A DNA stretch of 64,000 nt, taken from assembly GCA_965214335.1 (NCBI GenBank), contig CBDCBO010000012.1, positions 88,759 through 152,758 on the forward strand, in the 5' to 3' direction. The notes under the pieces are model-generated. The model ran no database searches. It was not told the origin of the DNA and saw nothing but the letters and a program-made list of their open reading frames with translations. This document shows positions 26,208-35,152 of this stretch, in pieces. Made by a program: the position numbers and the translations under genes. Origin of the DNA: Candidatus Velthaea sp. Lineage in GTDB: Bacteria > Vulcanimicrobiota > Vulcanimicrobiia > Vulcanimicrobiales > Vulcanimicrobiaceae. The stretch's first letter is position 1. Each line of letters begins with the position of its first letter.

Positions 26208-26799
26208 GCGCCGGCCCGGGCGGCGGCGGTTGCGAGGGAACGCCGGGGATCGCGGTCCGGCGCGGCCGCGGGGCGCTCGATTCGGCCGCGTGCGGCGTAA
26301 CGGGCGGCGGCGCGGCAGGCGTTGCCGCCGGAAGCGTGTCGCGTGACTGAGCCGGGTCGAACGGCGTGGGCGTTGCGATCGGCTCGGCGCCCGCATACAC
26401 AATGGTCAGCGTCCACGTTGCTCGGTCGAAACTAGCGCTGGCGCCGAGCCGTTGTAAGACCGGACTCAATTTAACATACGCGACGTCATCGCCCAAGTGG
26501 ACGATTCGAACCAGGACGCGCGCGCCGGCACGCTCGATCCACACCGACTCCGCATCGGGCGCGTAGACGATGCGTGAACTCAAGCGCACCACGATGGGCG
26601 TCAGCGGCGCGAAAACCCGGCCGCCCACCAGCCACGCCGGCGCTGAGCCCGCGACGATCGCTCCGTTGATGACGATCGTGACCGGGCGATCCGTTACCAC
26701 GCACGTTATCGTGCGCGTGAAGCGTGCGGCGTCCTGCGCCGCCGCGCACGCGGTACGGTAAGGAACGCCGGCGCGGGCGTGGAAATTGGAGCGGTGCAC
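26179..26799 (-). CDS. hypothetical protein with a Pro-rich C-terminal tail
   Basis: 206-aa ORF with a GTG start. The central part VTIVINGAIV..GGRVFAPL..LGASASFDRATWTLTI faintly resembles copper-amine-oxidase N-terminal stalk domains. Start uncertain. Confidence 0.4.
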   Translation of the reverse strand: MHRSNFHARAGVPYRTACAAAQDAARFTRTITCVVTDRPVTIVINGAIVAGSAPAWLVGGRVFAPLTPIVVRLSSRIVYAPDAESVWIERAGARVLVRIVHLGDDVAYVKLSPVLQRLGASASFDRATWTLTIVYAGAEPIATPTPFDPAQSRDTLPAATPAAPPPVTPHAAESSAPRPRRTAIPGVPSQPPPPGPAPTIPRRSAS

Positions 26800-27858
26800 C
26801 GGTTTGTCGTTGCCCTGTTCGCGTCCGTTTTGGGGCTAGCGCTCGTCGCAGCCGACCCGGCGCCGTCGATCTTGGGCACGCCCGTGCTCGTCGTCTATCC
26901 GTTCGCCGTCAACGGCAGTGCCGTGACGAAGGAAGCCGGTTCACGGCTCGCGGTGGCGATCGCAACCCAGATTTCGGGTCTCGGTGGGGTCGTCGTCAAG
27001 CCGGCGACCGCGGGCGTCGAACGGCAAGAGTATCTCGACGGAGCGCAGCGCCAAAGCGCCGACTATTATATCGCCGGTTACATGACGCCGCTTGGGGACG
27101 GGGTTTCGGTCGTCGAACAGCTCGTGAGCACGCAAACCGGCATCGTCGTCTTTAGCAATACTGCGCAAATTCGAACCTATGCCGATGCGGCCGATCAAGG
27201 CGACGTGCTGCGTGAGGCGCTCTTGCATCATCAGTCGCGAAACCTCGGCGCCTACGCAGCGCCGCCGCCGCCCGTCAATACGCCCACGCCGACACCCGCG
27301 CCGGGTTCCGCCGGACAGGCCAACCTGGGCCGGTTGTTCGGCCGCAAACAGCAACGCGCCTCGGCGGTAACTACCGCGGCTCCGACGCCGCGAGCCCAAG
27401 CGACGCTCGCGGCCGCCGTCGCCCCAACCGCCCCGCCGCCGGTTCCGCCAAGCCCGCCGCCGATCGCGGCCCGCGGCTCCGGCTATGGCGTTCTCGCCAT
27501 CGGCGGCTCGGCCCAAACCGAGCGCCGCGCCTTTACCGGCGCGGCCATTCGGAACGACGTTATCGCGCGGCACCGGCGAGTCGCCGACATCGGAGGTACG
27601 AGTGCCGCCGCGTGTCGCGAGCAAGACGTCGGCACGCTCCTGGGTGGAAATCTCGTTACCCGCGGCCACGAACTCTTGGGCCAGCGGCGGACCCTGGCAA
27701 CGCTCGAATTCTTGGCTTTCGATTGCGCCGGCAATCTCGTGTACCGCAAGACGTTTGCGCACGATGCCCGCGGTGATTGGAAGAGCGCCGTCGACAGCGT
27801 GGTTTCCAGCGCGATCGCCGAATTTTTGCGTACGCCGGCTGGTACGCAACATGGCTGA
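26779..27858 (+). CDS. secreted hypothetical protein
   Basis: Signal-like N-terminus (M)EIGAVHRFVVALFASVLGLALVAA. Its stop overlaps the next gene start (ATGGCTGA). No family recognised. Confidence 0.5.
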   Translation: MEIGAVHRFVVALFASVLGLALVAADPAPSILGTPVLVVYPFAVNGSAVTKEAGSRLAVAIATQISGLGGVVVKPATAGVERQEYLDGAQRQSADYYIAGYMTPLGDGVSVVEQLVSTQTGIVVFSNTAQIRTYADAADQGDVLREALLHHQSRNLGAYAAPPPPVNTPTPTPAPGSAGQANLGRLFGRKQQRASAVTTAAPTPRAQATLAAAVAPTAPPPVPPSPPPIAARGSGYGVLAIGGSAQTERRAFTGAAIRNDVIARHRRVADIGGTSAAACREQDVGTLLGGNLVTRGHELLGQRRTLATLEFLAFDCAGNLVYRKTFAHDARGDWKSAVDSVVSSAIAEFLRTPAGTQHG

Positions 27859-28897
27859 GACATCAGCCGGGCGAGCCGCGGCCACAACCCTGCTCAGCGG
27901 GCTACGCCTGCCGGTGATCGGCGCGCCGCTGTTCATTATCTCGAATCCGAAACTGGTCATCGCCCAATGCATCGCGGGGATCGTCGGCTCGTTTCCCGCG
28001 CTCAACGCCCGTCCGGCGACCGTACTCGATGAGTGGCTGCACGAGATTATTGAAGCCCTCGCCGCTCACGACCGAGCCCATCCGCAGCAGCCTGCGGCTC
28101 CGTTTGCGGTCAATCAAATCGTTCACAAATCCAACGACCGGCTCGACCACGACCTGGCCGCCTGCACAAAATACCGCGTGCCGATCGTCATCACGTCGCT
28201 CGGTGCGCGGCCGGACGTCAACGCAGCGGTGCACGAGTACGGCGGGCTAACGCTACACGACGTGACCACGGTCGGATTCGCGCACAAAGCGATCGACAAA
28301 GGCGCTGACGGGCTCGTCGCGGTTGCGGCCGGCGCCGGCGGCCATGCCGGCACGCTGTCGCCGTTCGCGCTCGTGCAAGAGATACGGGCTTGGTTCGACG
28401 GCCCGCTCAGTCTGTCGGGGTCAATCGCCACCGGGCGAGCGATCCTGGCCGCGCAAGCCATCGGCGCGGACGCCGCGTACATCGGCTCGGCTTTCATCGC
28501 CACCGCTGAAGCGAACGCTTCGGCAGCTTATAAATCCTCAATCGTCGCCGGTGCGGCGAGCGACATCGTGTATACCAATCTGTTCACCGGCGTCCACGGC
28601 AACTATCTGCGCAGCTCGATCGTCACGGCCGGTCTCGACCCGGACCTGCTGCCGGCGGGCGACCCGAGCGCGATGGATTTCAGCGGCGGCACGGCCGTCA
28701 AAGCGTGGCGCGATATTTGGGGTAGCGGCCAAGGCATCGGCGCCGTCGACGGCGTGCGCAGCGTTGCCGACGTCGTCGCTCGATTTCGCCGGGAGTACGC
28801 AACTGCTCGCAGCGAACTCATGGCCCAATGCGCTCGCTACGCGCCGTCGCAATCGGCCGCGCCGTTACGCCCGGTCGGCGTCGCGCTCGTCGAGTAG
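27851..28897 (+). CDS. nitronate monooxygenase (NMO / 2-nitropropane dioxygenase family)
   Basis: Contains LRLPVIGAPLFIISNPKLVIAQCIAGIVGSFPALN and GADGLVAVAAGAGGHAG. Internal ATG at 27851 is used. The upstream part of the track ORF overlaps the previous gene out of frame. Confidence 0.8.
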   Translation: MAETSAGRAAATTLLSGLRLPVIGAPLFIISNPKLVIAQCIAGIVGSFPALNARPATVLDEWLHEIIEALAAHDRAHPQQPAAPFAVNQIVHKSNDRLDHDLAACTKYRVPIVITSLGARPDVNAAVHEYGGLTLHDVTTVGFAHKAIDKGADGLVAVAAGAGGHAGTLSPFALVQEIRAWFDGPLSLSGSIATGRAILAAQAIGADAAYIGSAFIATAEANASAAYKSSIVAGAASDIVYTNLFTGVHGNYLRSSIVTAGLDPDLLPAGDPSAMDFSGGTAVKAWRDIWGSGQGIGAVDGVRSVADVVARFRREYATARSELMAQCARYAPSQSAAPLRPVGVALVE

Positions 28898-29350
28898 CCC
28901 GGGCGGTAGGTCGACGGCGATCCGCTTGGCCGCGACGTCGATCCCGATAACGAACGCCGCCACCAGCGGCACGAGCGCCCGGGCCGCCCCAACCACCAGC
29001 ATATCTTGGGCCGGATAATGCTCGACGGCGACCACGCGGCCGACGTCGGCACCAGCACCGTCCACCAGCGTGCAGCCGACGAGTTCCGCGTCGAGATACT
29101 CGCCGGCAGCGAGGTTGACCGCCGCGTGGTCCAGCGCGATCGTCGCGCCGACCAGCACTTGCGCCGCGTTGATGTCATCAAACCCGTCGAACGCCGCTAA
29201 CGGCCGCCCTTTGTGCATGCGGGCCGTTCGCACCCGAAGTTCACGTTCTGACCCGTCGGCCAGCCGAGCTCGCACCACACAGCCCGTCGCGAGCGCATCG
29301 GCGCCGACGCGGGTCGCATCGATCTTACACTCGCCGCGCAAACCGAACAC
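28865..29350 (-). CDS. rimM: 16S rRNA processing protein RimM (N-terminus probably longer than this GTG-start model)
   Basis: Contains FGLRGECKI.., PRC-barrel C-terminus ..YLDAELVGCTLVDGAGADVGRVVAVEHYPAQDMLVV and DLPPGLL. The in-frame upstream AGRIAG belongs to the conserved N-terminal motif. Confidence 0.8.
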   Translation of the reverse strand: MFGLRGECKIDATRVGADALATGCVVRARLADGSERELRVRTARMHKGRPLAAFDGFDDINAAQVLVGATIALDHAAVNLAAGEYLDAELVGCTLVDGAGADVGRVVAVEHYPAQDMLVVGAARALVPLVAAFVIGIDVAAKRIAVDLPPGLLDERDADRA

Positions 29351-29376
29351 GCCGGCGATGCGCCCAGCATTGTGAA

Positions 29377-29925
29377 TTATTCGGCGCCGTCGCTGGGGCC
29401 GGTTTCGGCCGACACCGTCGGTTCGAGCTCGTCTTCTTCAGTTTCTTCGCTGTCATCCGCATCGACATCGACGATATCGACGATCACGCGGCCTTCGGCG
29501 CTTGCGCGCACCAAAGTTCGCATGGCCTGGGCTACCCGGCCGCCGCGCCCAATGACCTTGCCCAAGTCGTCCGGATGGACTTCGAGCTCGATGACCGGCC
29601 CGCGGTCGCTCTCGCTCTGGCGAACGACGACACTCTCGGGGTGAGCGACAAGTTTTTGAGCCAGAAATTCGAGCAGGCCGGCCGCGCGGGCTTGCGAAGC
29701 CAGCGGATCGGCGGGCTGTCGCGTGGGGCGTTCGCGCGCCACGAACCGTTCACCGCCGCCGGCGCTATTTCGGCGCGGCCGCGCGGGCCGCTCGTCCTCA
29801 GGTTCGATTTCATCGATGATCGTCTCGCCGGTCGCGATTTTACGCGCACCCAAGGTCGACCGGCGTTCATCGTCTTGCGGAGTTTCGTCTCCGAATAGTC
29901 CAAACTCGTCGTCGAAAGCCGACAC
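29377..29925 (-). CDS. KH-domain RNA-binding protein (YlqC/UPF0109 core) with a long N-terminal extension and acidic tail
   Basis: Core is LLEFLAQKLVAHPESVVV..IELEVHPDDLGKVIGRGGRVAQAMRTLV. GTG 29925 lies 4 nt after the rpsP stop. An alternative GTG is at 29742. Confidence 0.7.
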   Translation of the reverse strand: MSAFDDEFGLFGDETPQDDERRSTLGARKIATGETIIDEIEPEDERPARPRRNSAGGGERFVARERPTRQPADPLASQARAAGLLEFLAQKLVAHPESVVVRQSESDRGPVIELEVHPDDLGKVIGRGGRVAQAMRTLVRASAEGRVIVDIVDVDADDSEETEEDELEPTVSAETGPSDGAE

Positions 29926-29929
29926 GAGA

Positions 29930-30223
29930 TTACTCGGACTTCTCCGACTTCGGCCGACGCTTCGTCTCGGGTACAAAGCCGCGCTCGACCAGGCCCAGCT
30001 CGGCAAACAGCCGGCGTACCGGATCCGACGGTTGCGCGCCCTTAGCGATCCACTCTTTGGCCTTATCCTGATTGACAACGACGGTCTTGGGCTCCGTGCG
30101 CGGGTTGTAATGCCCCAAAATCTCGATAAAGCGCCCGTCACGCGGCGACCGCGCATCACTCACGACAAACCGATATGTCGGCTGCTTCTTCGCGCCCATC
30201 CGGCGCAACCGTATACGAACCAT
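29930..30223 (-). CDS. rpsP: 30S ribosomal protein S16
   Basis: Product is [43 protein letters not shown].. Confidence 0.92.
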   Translation of the reverse strand: MVRIRLRRMGAKKQPTYRFVVSDARSPRDGRFIEILGHYNPRTEPKTVVVNQDKAKEWIAKGAQPSDPVRRLFAELGLVERGFVPETKRRPKSEKSE

Positions 30224-30330
30224 ACCTTACTCTCTATCTAACCGGCCACAAAACGTGACCACAAAGTATACCACATCAATCCACCCCCCAAAAAACCCGC
30301 CAACCGGCCCACCGCCCGCTCCGCGAACTC

Positions 30331-30390
30331 CTACCGACTCGACAACCCCCACCGACTCGGCCAAACCCCTACCGGCTTTGCCAACCCTTA
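30331..30390. repeat. three degenerate ~20-nt tandem repeats inside the ffh-rpsP spacer
   Basis: The three units are CTACCGACTCGACAACCCCC, ACCGACTCGGCCAAACCCCT and ACCGGCTTTGCCAACCCTTA. Confidence 0.6.
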
Positions 30391-30440
30391 CTAACCTCGC
30401 CACCCTTAAAACGGGTGTTAAGCCGCCCCAACGCGGACGT

Positions 30441-31763
30441 TCACCGCCCCAGCCCGGGAAGGCGCAACCCCCGCCCCCCCTTACCACCAAACTGTTTCAT
30501 CATCTGGCGCGAAGCCTCGAACTGCTTTACCAGCCGGTTGACGTCGGCGACCTGCGTGCCCGAACCCGCCGCGATTCGTTTTCGCCGCGAACCGTTGAGG
30601 ATCTCCGGCCGCGCTCGCTCGCGCCGCGTCATCGAGCAGATGATGGCTTCGACTTTTTTCACATCGCGTTCGTCGATATCGACGTTGGGTAGCGCCTTGG
30701 ACAAACCCGGAATCATCTTCATGATGTCGTTCATCGAGCCCATCTTGCGGACTTGACGCAACTGTTCGAGAAAATCATCGAGCGTGAACTGCGATTTTTG
30801 CAGCTTGCGCGCGATGTCCTTAGCTTGTTCCTCGCTGTAGACGGCCTGTGTTTTCTCGATGAGCGTGAGCACGTCGCCCATGCCCAAAATGCGCGACGCC
30901 AACCGGTCCGGATAGAATGGTTCGAGCGCGCTGAGTTTTTCTCCGACGCCGACAAACTTAATCGGTGCCCCGGTAATTTTATGGATCGATAGCGCCGCGC
31001 CGCCACGCGAATCGCCATCCATCTTGGTCAGCACAACGCCGGTAATGCCAAGCCGGTCGTTGAACACACGAGCGACATTCGTCGCTTCCTGACCCGTCAT
31101 CGAATCGGCGACAAATAAAATCTCGATCGGTTTGACGGCTGCCTTAATATTATCGAGCTCCGCCATGAGTGCGTCGTCGATCTGGAGCCGTCCGGCCGTA
31201 TCGATGATAACCGTCGGAATGCCAAGCCGTTTTGCTTCGGCCACGCCGTCGCGCGCAATTTGCACCGGATCGCCTTGGCCGGCCGAATATACCGGAAGGT
31301 CGATCTGTCGGCCCAACGTTTGTAATTGTGCGATGGCGGCCGGGCGGTAGACGTCGGCCGCCACGAGCAACGTACGCCGGCCTTGCTCCTTGAGCCGCAG
31401 TGCGATCTTTCCGGCGTGGGTGGTTTTGCCCGAACCCTGCAGTCCGACGAGCATGTAGATCGTCGGCGGCGCGTCGCTATACGTTAAGCGCGCTTGCGCG
31501 CCGCCCATGAGCTCGACGAGCTCATCGTGCACGATCTTGATGATGGTCTGCGCCGGCGTAAGCGACGCGGCGATATCCGCCCCAGTTGCTTTTTCCTTGA
31601 TCGCGCTGACGAAGTCTTTGGCAACCTTGAGCGAAACGTCGGCTTCGAGTAACGCAACGCGAACCTCGCGCAATACCTCAGCGACGTCCGTCTCGGACAG
31701 ACGTCCGCGGTTGGACATGCGGTTGAAGATCGCGCTGAGGCGCTCGCTTAAGGCTTCGAGCAT
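30441..31763 (-). CDS. ffh: signal recognition particle protein Ffh
   Basis: N-terminus MLEALSERLSAIFNRMSNRGRLSE.., GTPase motifs GLQGSGKTT, DTAGR and TKMDGD, and an M-domain with a Met-rich C-terminus. Confidence 0.95.
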   Translation of the reverse strand: MLEALSERLSAIFNRMSNRGRLSETDVAEVLREVRVALLEADVSLKVAKDFVSAIKEKATGADIAASLTPAQTIIKIVHDELVELMGGAQARLTYSDAPPTIYMLVGLQGSGKTTHAGKIALRLKEQGRRTLLVAADVYRPAAIAQLQTLGRQIDLPVYSAGQGDPVQIARDGVAEAKRLGIPTVIIDTAGRLQIDDALMAELDNIKAAVKPIEILFVADSMTGQEATNVARVFNDRLGITGVVLTKMDGDSRGGAALSIHKITGAPIKFVGVGEKLSALEPFYPDRLASRILGMGDVLTLIEKTQAVYSEEQAKDIARKLQKSQFTLDDFLEQLRQVRKMGSMNDIMKMIPGLSKALPNVDIDERDVKKVEAIICSMTRRERARPEILNGSRRKRIAAGSGTQVADVNRLVKQFEASRQMMKQFGGKGGRGLRLPGLGR

Positions 31764-31906
31764 CGGCCGTCACACTGCCGGTTCGCCGAGCGAACGGCGC
31801 ACTCGACTGAACTCGGCACAGCCCGAACACGAACGCCTTGGGCGCAGCCAATACGCGAATCCATCGAACGCAGAAGCGAGTCGATTTGGTTCAATGCCGC
31901 GCGATC

Positions 31907-32152
31907 CTACGCTTTTTCGGCGGTCGCGTCGATCTTCGTTACGGCGTCGCCGACGGTCTTGATCTTTTCGGCTTCCTCGTCGGGAATATCGATGTTGAAC
32001 TCGGTCTCGAAGGCCATCACCAATTCGACCTGGTCGAGCGAGTCGGCACCGAGATCGTCGGTAATCGACGCTTCCGGCGTCACTTCGGATTCTTCAACCC
32101 CAAGTTGCTCGACGATGATTTTCTTAACTTTTTCGAAGGTATCAGCGGCCAT
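31907..32152 (-). CDS. acpP: acyl carrier protein
   Basis: 81 aa with the phosphopantetheine site DLGADSLD. Confidence 0.92.
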   Translation of the reverse strand: MAADTFEKVKKIIVEQLGVEESEVTPEASITDDLGADSLDQVELVMAFETEFNIDIPDEEAEKIKTVGDAVTKIDATAEKA

Positions 32153-32177
32153 GACTATTTGGTTATCTCCACAAGCA

Positions 32178-32921
32178 TCACATCAAAAATCCGCCGTCGA
32201 CCACAATCGTTTGACCGGTGACGTAACGGGCGGCATCGGAGCATAAAAACGAAACGACGCCTGCGACATCATCCGGCGTGCCCGGGCGGCCCAGTGCAAT
32301 CTGTTCGAGGTAGTGAGTACGGGCAGCCTCCGGCATTTCGGCAGTCATCGCCGTCTCGATCAAACCGGGTGCGACGGCGTTGACTCTTACGTTCCTCGAC
32401 CCTATCTCCTTCGCGAGCGATTTGGTCAAACCAAGCAAACCGGCTTTGGTCGCACTGTAGGCCGCCTGCCCGGCGCTACCCGCGATACCGACAATGCTCG
32501 ACACAAAGACGATCGCACCGCTGCGCTGCTTGATCATCGGCCGGACGACGGCGGCCGACAAGTAGAACGCCGACGCTAGGTTCGCATCGATGAGCCGGCG
32601 TAAATCGGCGCTTTTGAAGCGCAGCATGAGCCCGTCGATCGATTGCCCCGCGTTGCCGACGGCGATATCGAGCCGCCCGAAATCGGCGCTAATGCGCGCT
32701 ACCGCGTCGCTCGTGGCCCGTTCGTCGGTAACGTCGAGGGTCAACGGCAGAACCCGCGCCGTCGGTCGCGCCGCGCGGCAGGCGGCGGCGGTTTCGTCGA
32801 GCGCCGCCGAATCACGGCCGAGGAGCGCCACGTCGGCGCCGTGTTTGCTGAGATCGACGGCGATCGCACGGCCGATTCCACGGCTGGCGCCCGTGACGAC
32901 AGCAACTTTTCCGGCGAACAT
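32178..32921 (-). CDS. fabG: 3-oxoacyl-ACP reductase FabG (SDR)
   Basis: Contains [17 protein letters not shown] and YSATKAG. Its start overlaps the fabD stop (TGATG). Confidence 0.85.
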   Translation of the reverse strand: MFAGKVAVVTGASRGIGRAIAVDLSKHGADVALLGRDSAALDETAAACRAARPTARVLPLTLDVTDERATSDAVARISADFGRLDIAVGNAGQSIDGLMLRFKSADLRRLIDANLASAFYLSAAVVRPMIKQRSGAIVFVSSIVGIAGSAGQAAYSATKAGLLGLTKSLAKEIGSRNVRVNAVAPGLIETAMTAEMPEAARTHYLEQIALGRPGTPDDVAGVVSFLCSDAARYVTGQTIVVDGGFLM

Positions 32922-33865
32922 CAGGTGCCGGCCGGAACGAGCATCGTACGCAGGTGTTCGATGCCGCTCACGTCTTTGACGCTCATGGTTTTGGGTGCGC
33001 CCGCAATTCGTTTGATCATCGGCGCAAGCACCGGACTAGCGCCGAATTCGACGATGAGATCGAGCTCCATCGCAACCATCGCGAGCGCCGTCTCGTGCCA
33101 GCGCACTTCATCGGTGACCGAACGCTCCAAATGGTCGCGAATCGTCATGATGTCGGCATACGGCTGTGCGTCGACGTTCGAGATGACGGTAAAGGCCGGC
33201 AGCACGATCGCCGCGTTGGTCACGAAGCGCGTGAAGGCATGACGGGCCGGTTGCATCAGCTGCGAGTGCCAGGCACCCGCGACGTTGAGCGGTACAACTC
33301 GTTTCGCACCGGCTGCCAGCGCAGCTTCGCCCGCGGCACGGACGGCCGCCACATCACCACTGATCACGATTTGGCCGGGCGCGTTGAAGTTGGCCAGTTG
33401 TACGCGGCCGGCGCCGCTCGCAACGGCCGCAGCGACCGCCGTTCGAAGCGCATCGGGTTCTAGACCAAGCACCGCCGACATCGCACCCGACGACGCTTCG
33501 GCCGCGCGATGCATGGCCAGCGCCCGTTCGTTGACCAGTGCTAGGGCCGCCTCGAACGATAAGGCCCCGGCGATGTGAAGACTGCAATATTCGCCGAATG
33601 AATGGCCGGCCGACACAACAGGAGCCAGCACATCGCCGACGGCGGCGCAAATGGCCACATTGGTTACAAAGATCGCCGGCTGGGCGTACCGCGTCTCACG
33701 CAGCGTTGCTTCCGGTCCGGCGGTGCACAGCGCCAGCAGATCGTAGCCAACGACGTGTTTCGCATTGCGAAAACACTCCATGGCCGCGGGAAATGCGTGC
33801 GCGACCGCCGCCCCCATCCCCACAACTTGTGAGCCCTGACCTGGGAAAACAACACCGACACGCAT
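32921..33865 (-). CDS. fabD: malonyl CoA-ACP transacylase FabD
   Basis: Contains [18 protein letters not shown] and GHSFGEY. Internal ATG at 33865 overlaps the fabH stop (TGATG). Confidence 0.9.
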   Translation of the reverse strand: MRVGVVFPGQGSQVVGMGAAVAHAFPAAMECFRNAKHVVGYDLLALCTAGPEATLRETRYAQPAIFVTNVAICAAVGDVLAPVVSAGHSFGEYCSLHIAGALSFEAALALVNERALAMHRAAEASSGAMSAVLGLEPDALRTAVAAAVASGAGRVQLANFNAPGQIVISGDVAAVRAAGEAALAAGAKRVVPLNVAGAWHSQLMQPARHAFTRFVTNAAIVLPAFTVISNVDAQPYADIMTIRDHLERSVTDEVRWHETALAMVAMELDLIVEFGASPVLAPMIKRIAGAPKTMSVKDVSGIEHLRTMLVPAGT

Positions 33866-34887
33866 CACACGGTATCTTCCGGTGGGGGGCGAACGCCGTC
33901 CCAGCGCCACGCGATCGCACCCCAGGACAGACCCGCGCCGAAGGCCACGAACATCAGCACGTCGCCTTCTTTAATCATCCGTTTGGCATAGGCTTCCGAC
34001 AAGGCGATCGGAATCGATGCAGCCGACGTGTTGCCGTAATTCTGGATGTTGATATACACCCGCTCGGCGCCGATACCAAGCTGCTTAGCCGCCGCGTCGA
34101 TGATGCGCTTATTGGCTTGATGGGGAATCATGAGCGCCACGTCGTCGATGCTGAGCTCGGCTTGCTTCAAGGCGACGTGCGCCGATTCGACCATCTTGGT
34201 GACCGCGTATTTAAACGTTTCGCGCCCCTGCATCGCAATGAAAGTCGCACGCTGCGCTAACGCGGCGGAATCGATCGGCCGGCGCGAGCCTCCCGTCGGC
34301 AAGTACAAGACTTCGGGCTTGCTGCCGTCCGAACCGAAGTCGGCACCCAGAAATCCATTTTCCGCGGCCCGTTCCACAATTACCGCGCCGGCGCCGTCGC
34401 CGAACAGAATAGCGGTCGAGCGATCGGTGTAATCGGTGATTTTCGAAAGCGTTTCGGTCCCGATGATCATGACGCGCCGATGAATTCCGGCGCGCACCAA
34501 CGCGCAAACGACGCCCAAACCATAGACGAAGCCGCTGCACCCGATTTCGATATCAAAGGCAGCTTTGTCGTGCGTACCCAAACCCGAGGCCACGATCGCC
34601 GCCGTTGCCGGAAACGGGTAGTCGGGTGTAACCGTCGCGACGACATAGCAATCGACGTCGTCCGGAGCGAGGCCGGCCCGCTCGAGCGCAACACGCGCCG
34701 CGAGCAGCGCAAGGTCGCTGGCGGCCTGAGCCGGAGCGGAAAGCCGCCGCTCGGCAATACCCGTTCGCGTCGTGATCCACTCGTCATTCGTATCAAGCGT
34801 GCGTTCGAGATCGCCGTTGGTAAGGATACGGTCGGGAACGTAGTGCCCGACCCCGGAAATACGAACGCCGAACGCTTGCGAAGAAAT
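33865..34887 (-). CDS. fabH: 3-oxoacyl-ACP synthase III FabH, modelled with an ATT start
   Basis: The track ORF (from GTG 34593) lacks the conserved N-terminus. The same frame is open upstream to TAG 34893..34891 and encodes ..AFGVRISGVGHYVPDRILTNGDLERTLDTNDEWITTRTGIAERRL... The C-terminus has HQANKRI and GNTSAASIP. Confidence 0.85.
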   Translation of the reverse strand: MSSQAFGVRISGVGHYVPDRILTNGDLERTLDTNDEWITTRTGIAERRLSAPAQAASDLALLAARVALERAGLAPDDVDCYVVATVTPDYPFPATAAIVASGLGTHDKAAFDIEIGCSGFVYGLGVVCALVRAGIHRRVMIIGTETLSKITDYTDRSTAILFGDGAGAVIVERAAENGFLGADFGSDGSKPEVLYLPTGGSRRPIDSAALAQRATFIAMQGRETFKYAVTKMVESAHVALKQAELSIDDVALMIPHQANKRIIDAAAKQLGIGAERVYINIQNYGNTSAASIPIALSEAYAKRMIKEGDVLMFVAFGAGLSWGAIAWRWDGVRPPPEDTV

Positions 34888-34945
34888 CTGCTACGCTCCC
34901 GCCGCGTTCGCGCGTCCTCGGAAAGGCCGGCGGTGACGGGTCACG

Positions 34946-35152
34946 CTATCCGTGGCTGTGTCCGGCGTGGTCTTCCTTGGGCGTGACAACCTGGCGGCCA
35001 TCGTACGTTCCGCAGGTTGGACACACGAAGTGGGGCAGCTTCGCGCCATGGCACTGCGAGCACTCGATCGTCGTCACCGGAGCAAGCTTCCAGTTGGCCG
35101 CTCGCCGGCTGCGTGTTTTTGAGCGCGGGGTTTTCCATTTAGGGTTTGCCAT
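34946..35152 (-). CDS. rpmF: 50S ribosomal protein L32
   Basis: Product is MANPKWKTPRSKTRSRRAANWKL.. with CSQC..CPTC zinc-ribbon cysteines. Internal ATG at 35152. Confidence 0.9.
   Translation of the reverse strand: MANPKWKTPRSKTRSRRAANWKLAPVTTIECSQCHGAKLPHFVCPTCGTYDGRQVVTPKEDHAGHSHG

Noticed and set aside
26941-28005. 354-aa minus-strand ORF; similar long antisense ORFs at 8335..9228, 9258..9833, 40504..41151, 48675..49436, 53340..53951 and 2284..2832
   Set aside because: All are Arg/Gly/Pro-rich and overlap better-supported genes or tRNAs on the other strand. This is typical open-frame noise in high-GC DNA.
30227-30692. ORFs 30255..30692 (+) and 30227..30490 (-) encoding poly-Pro/Thr or poly-Gly peptides
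   Set aside because: These low-complexity translations are a by-product of the C-rich/G-rich spacer. They overlap the ffh 3' end out of frame, and no start context is present.
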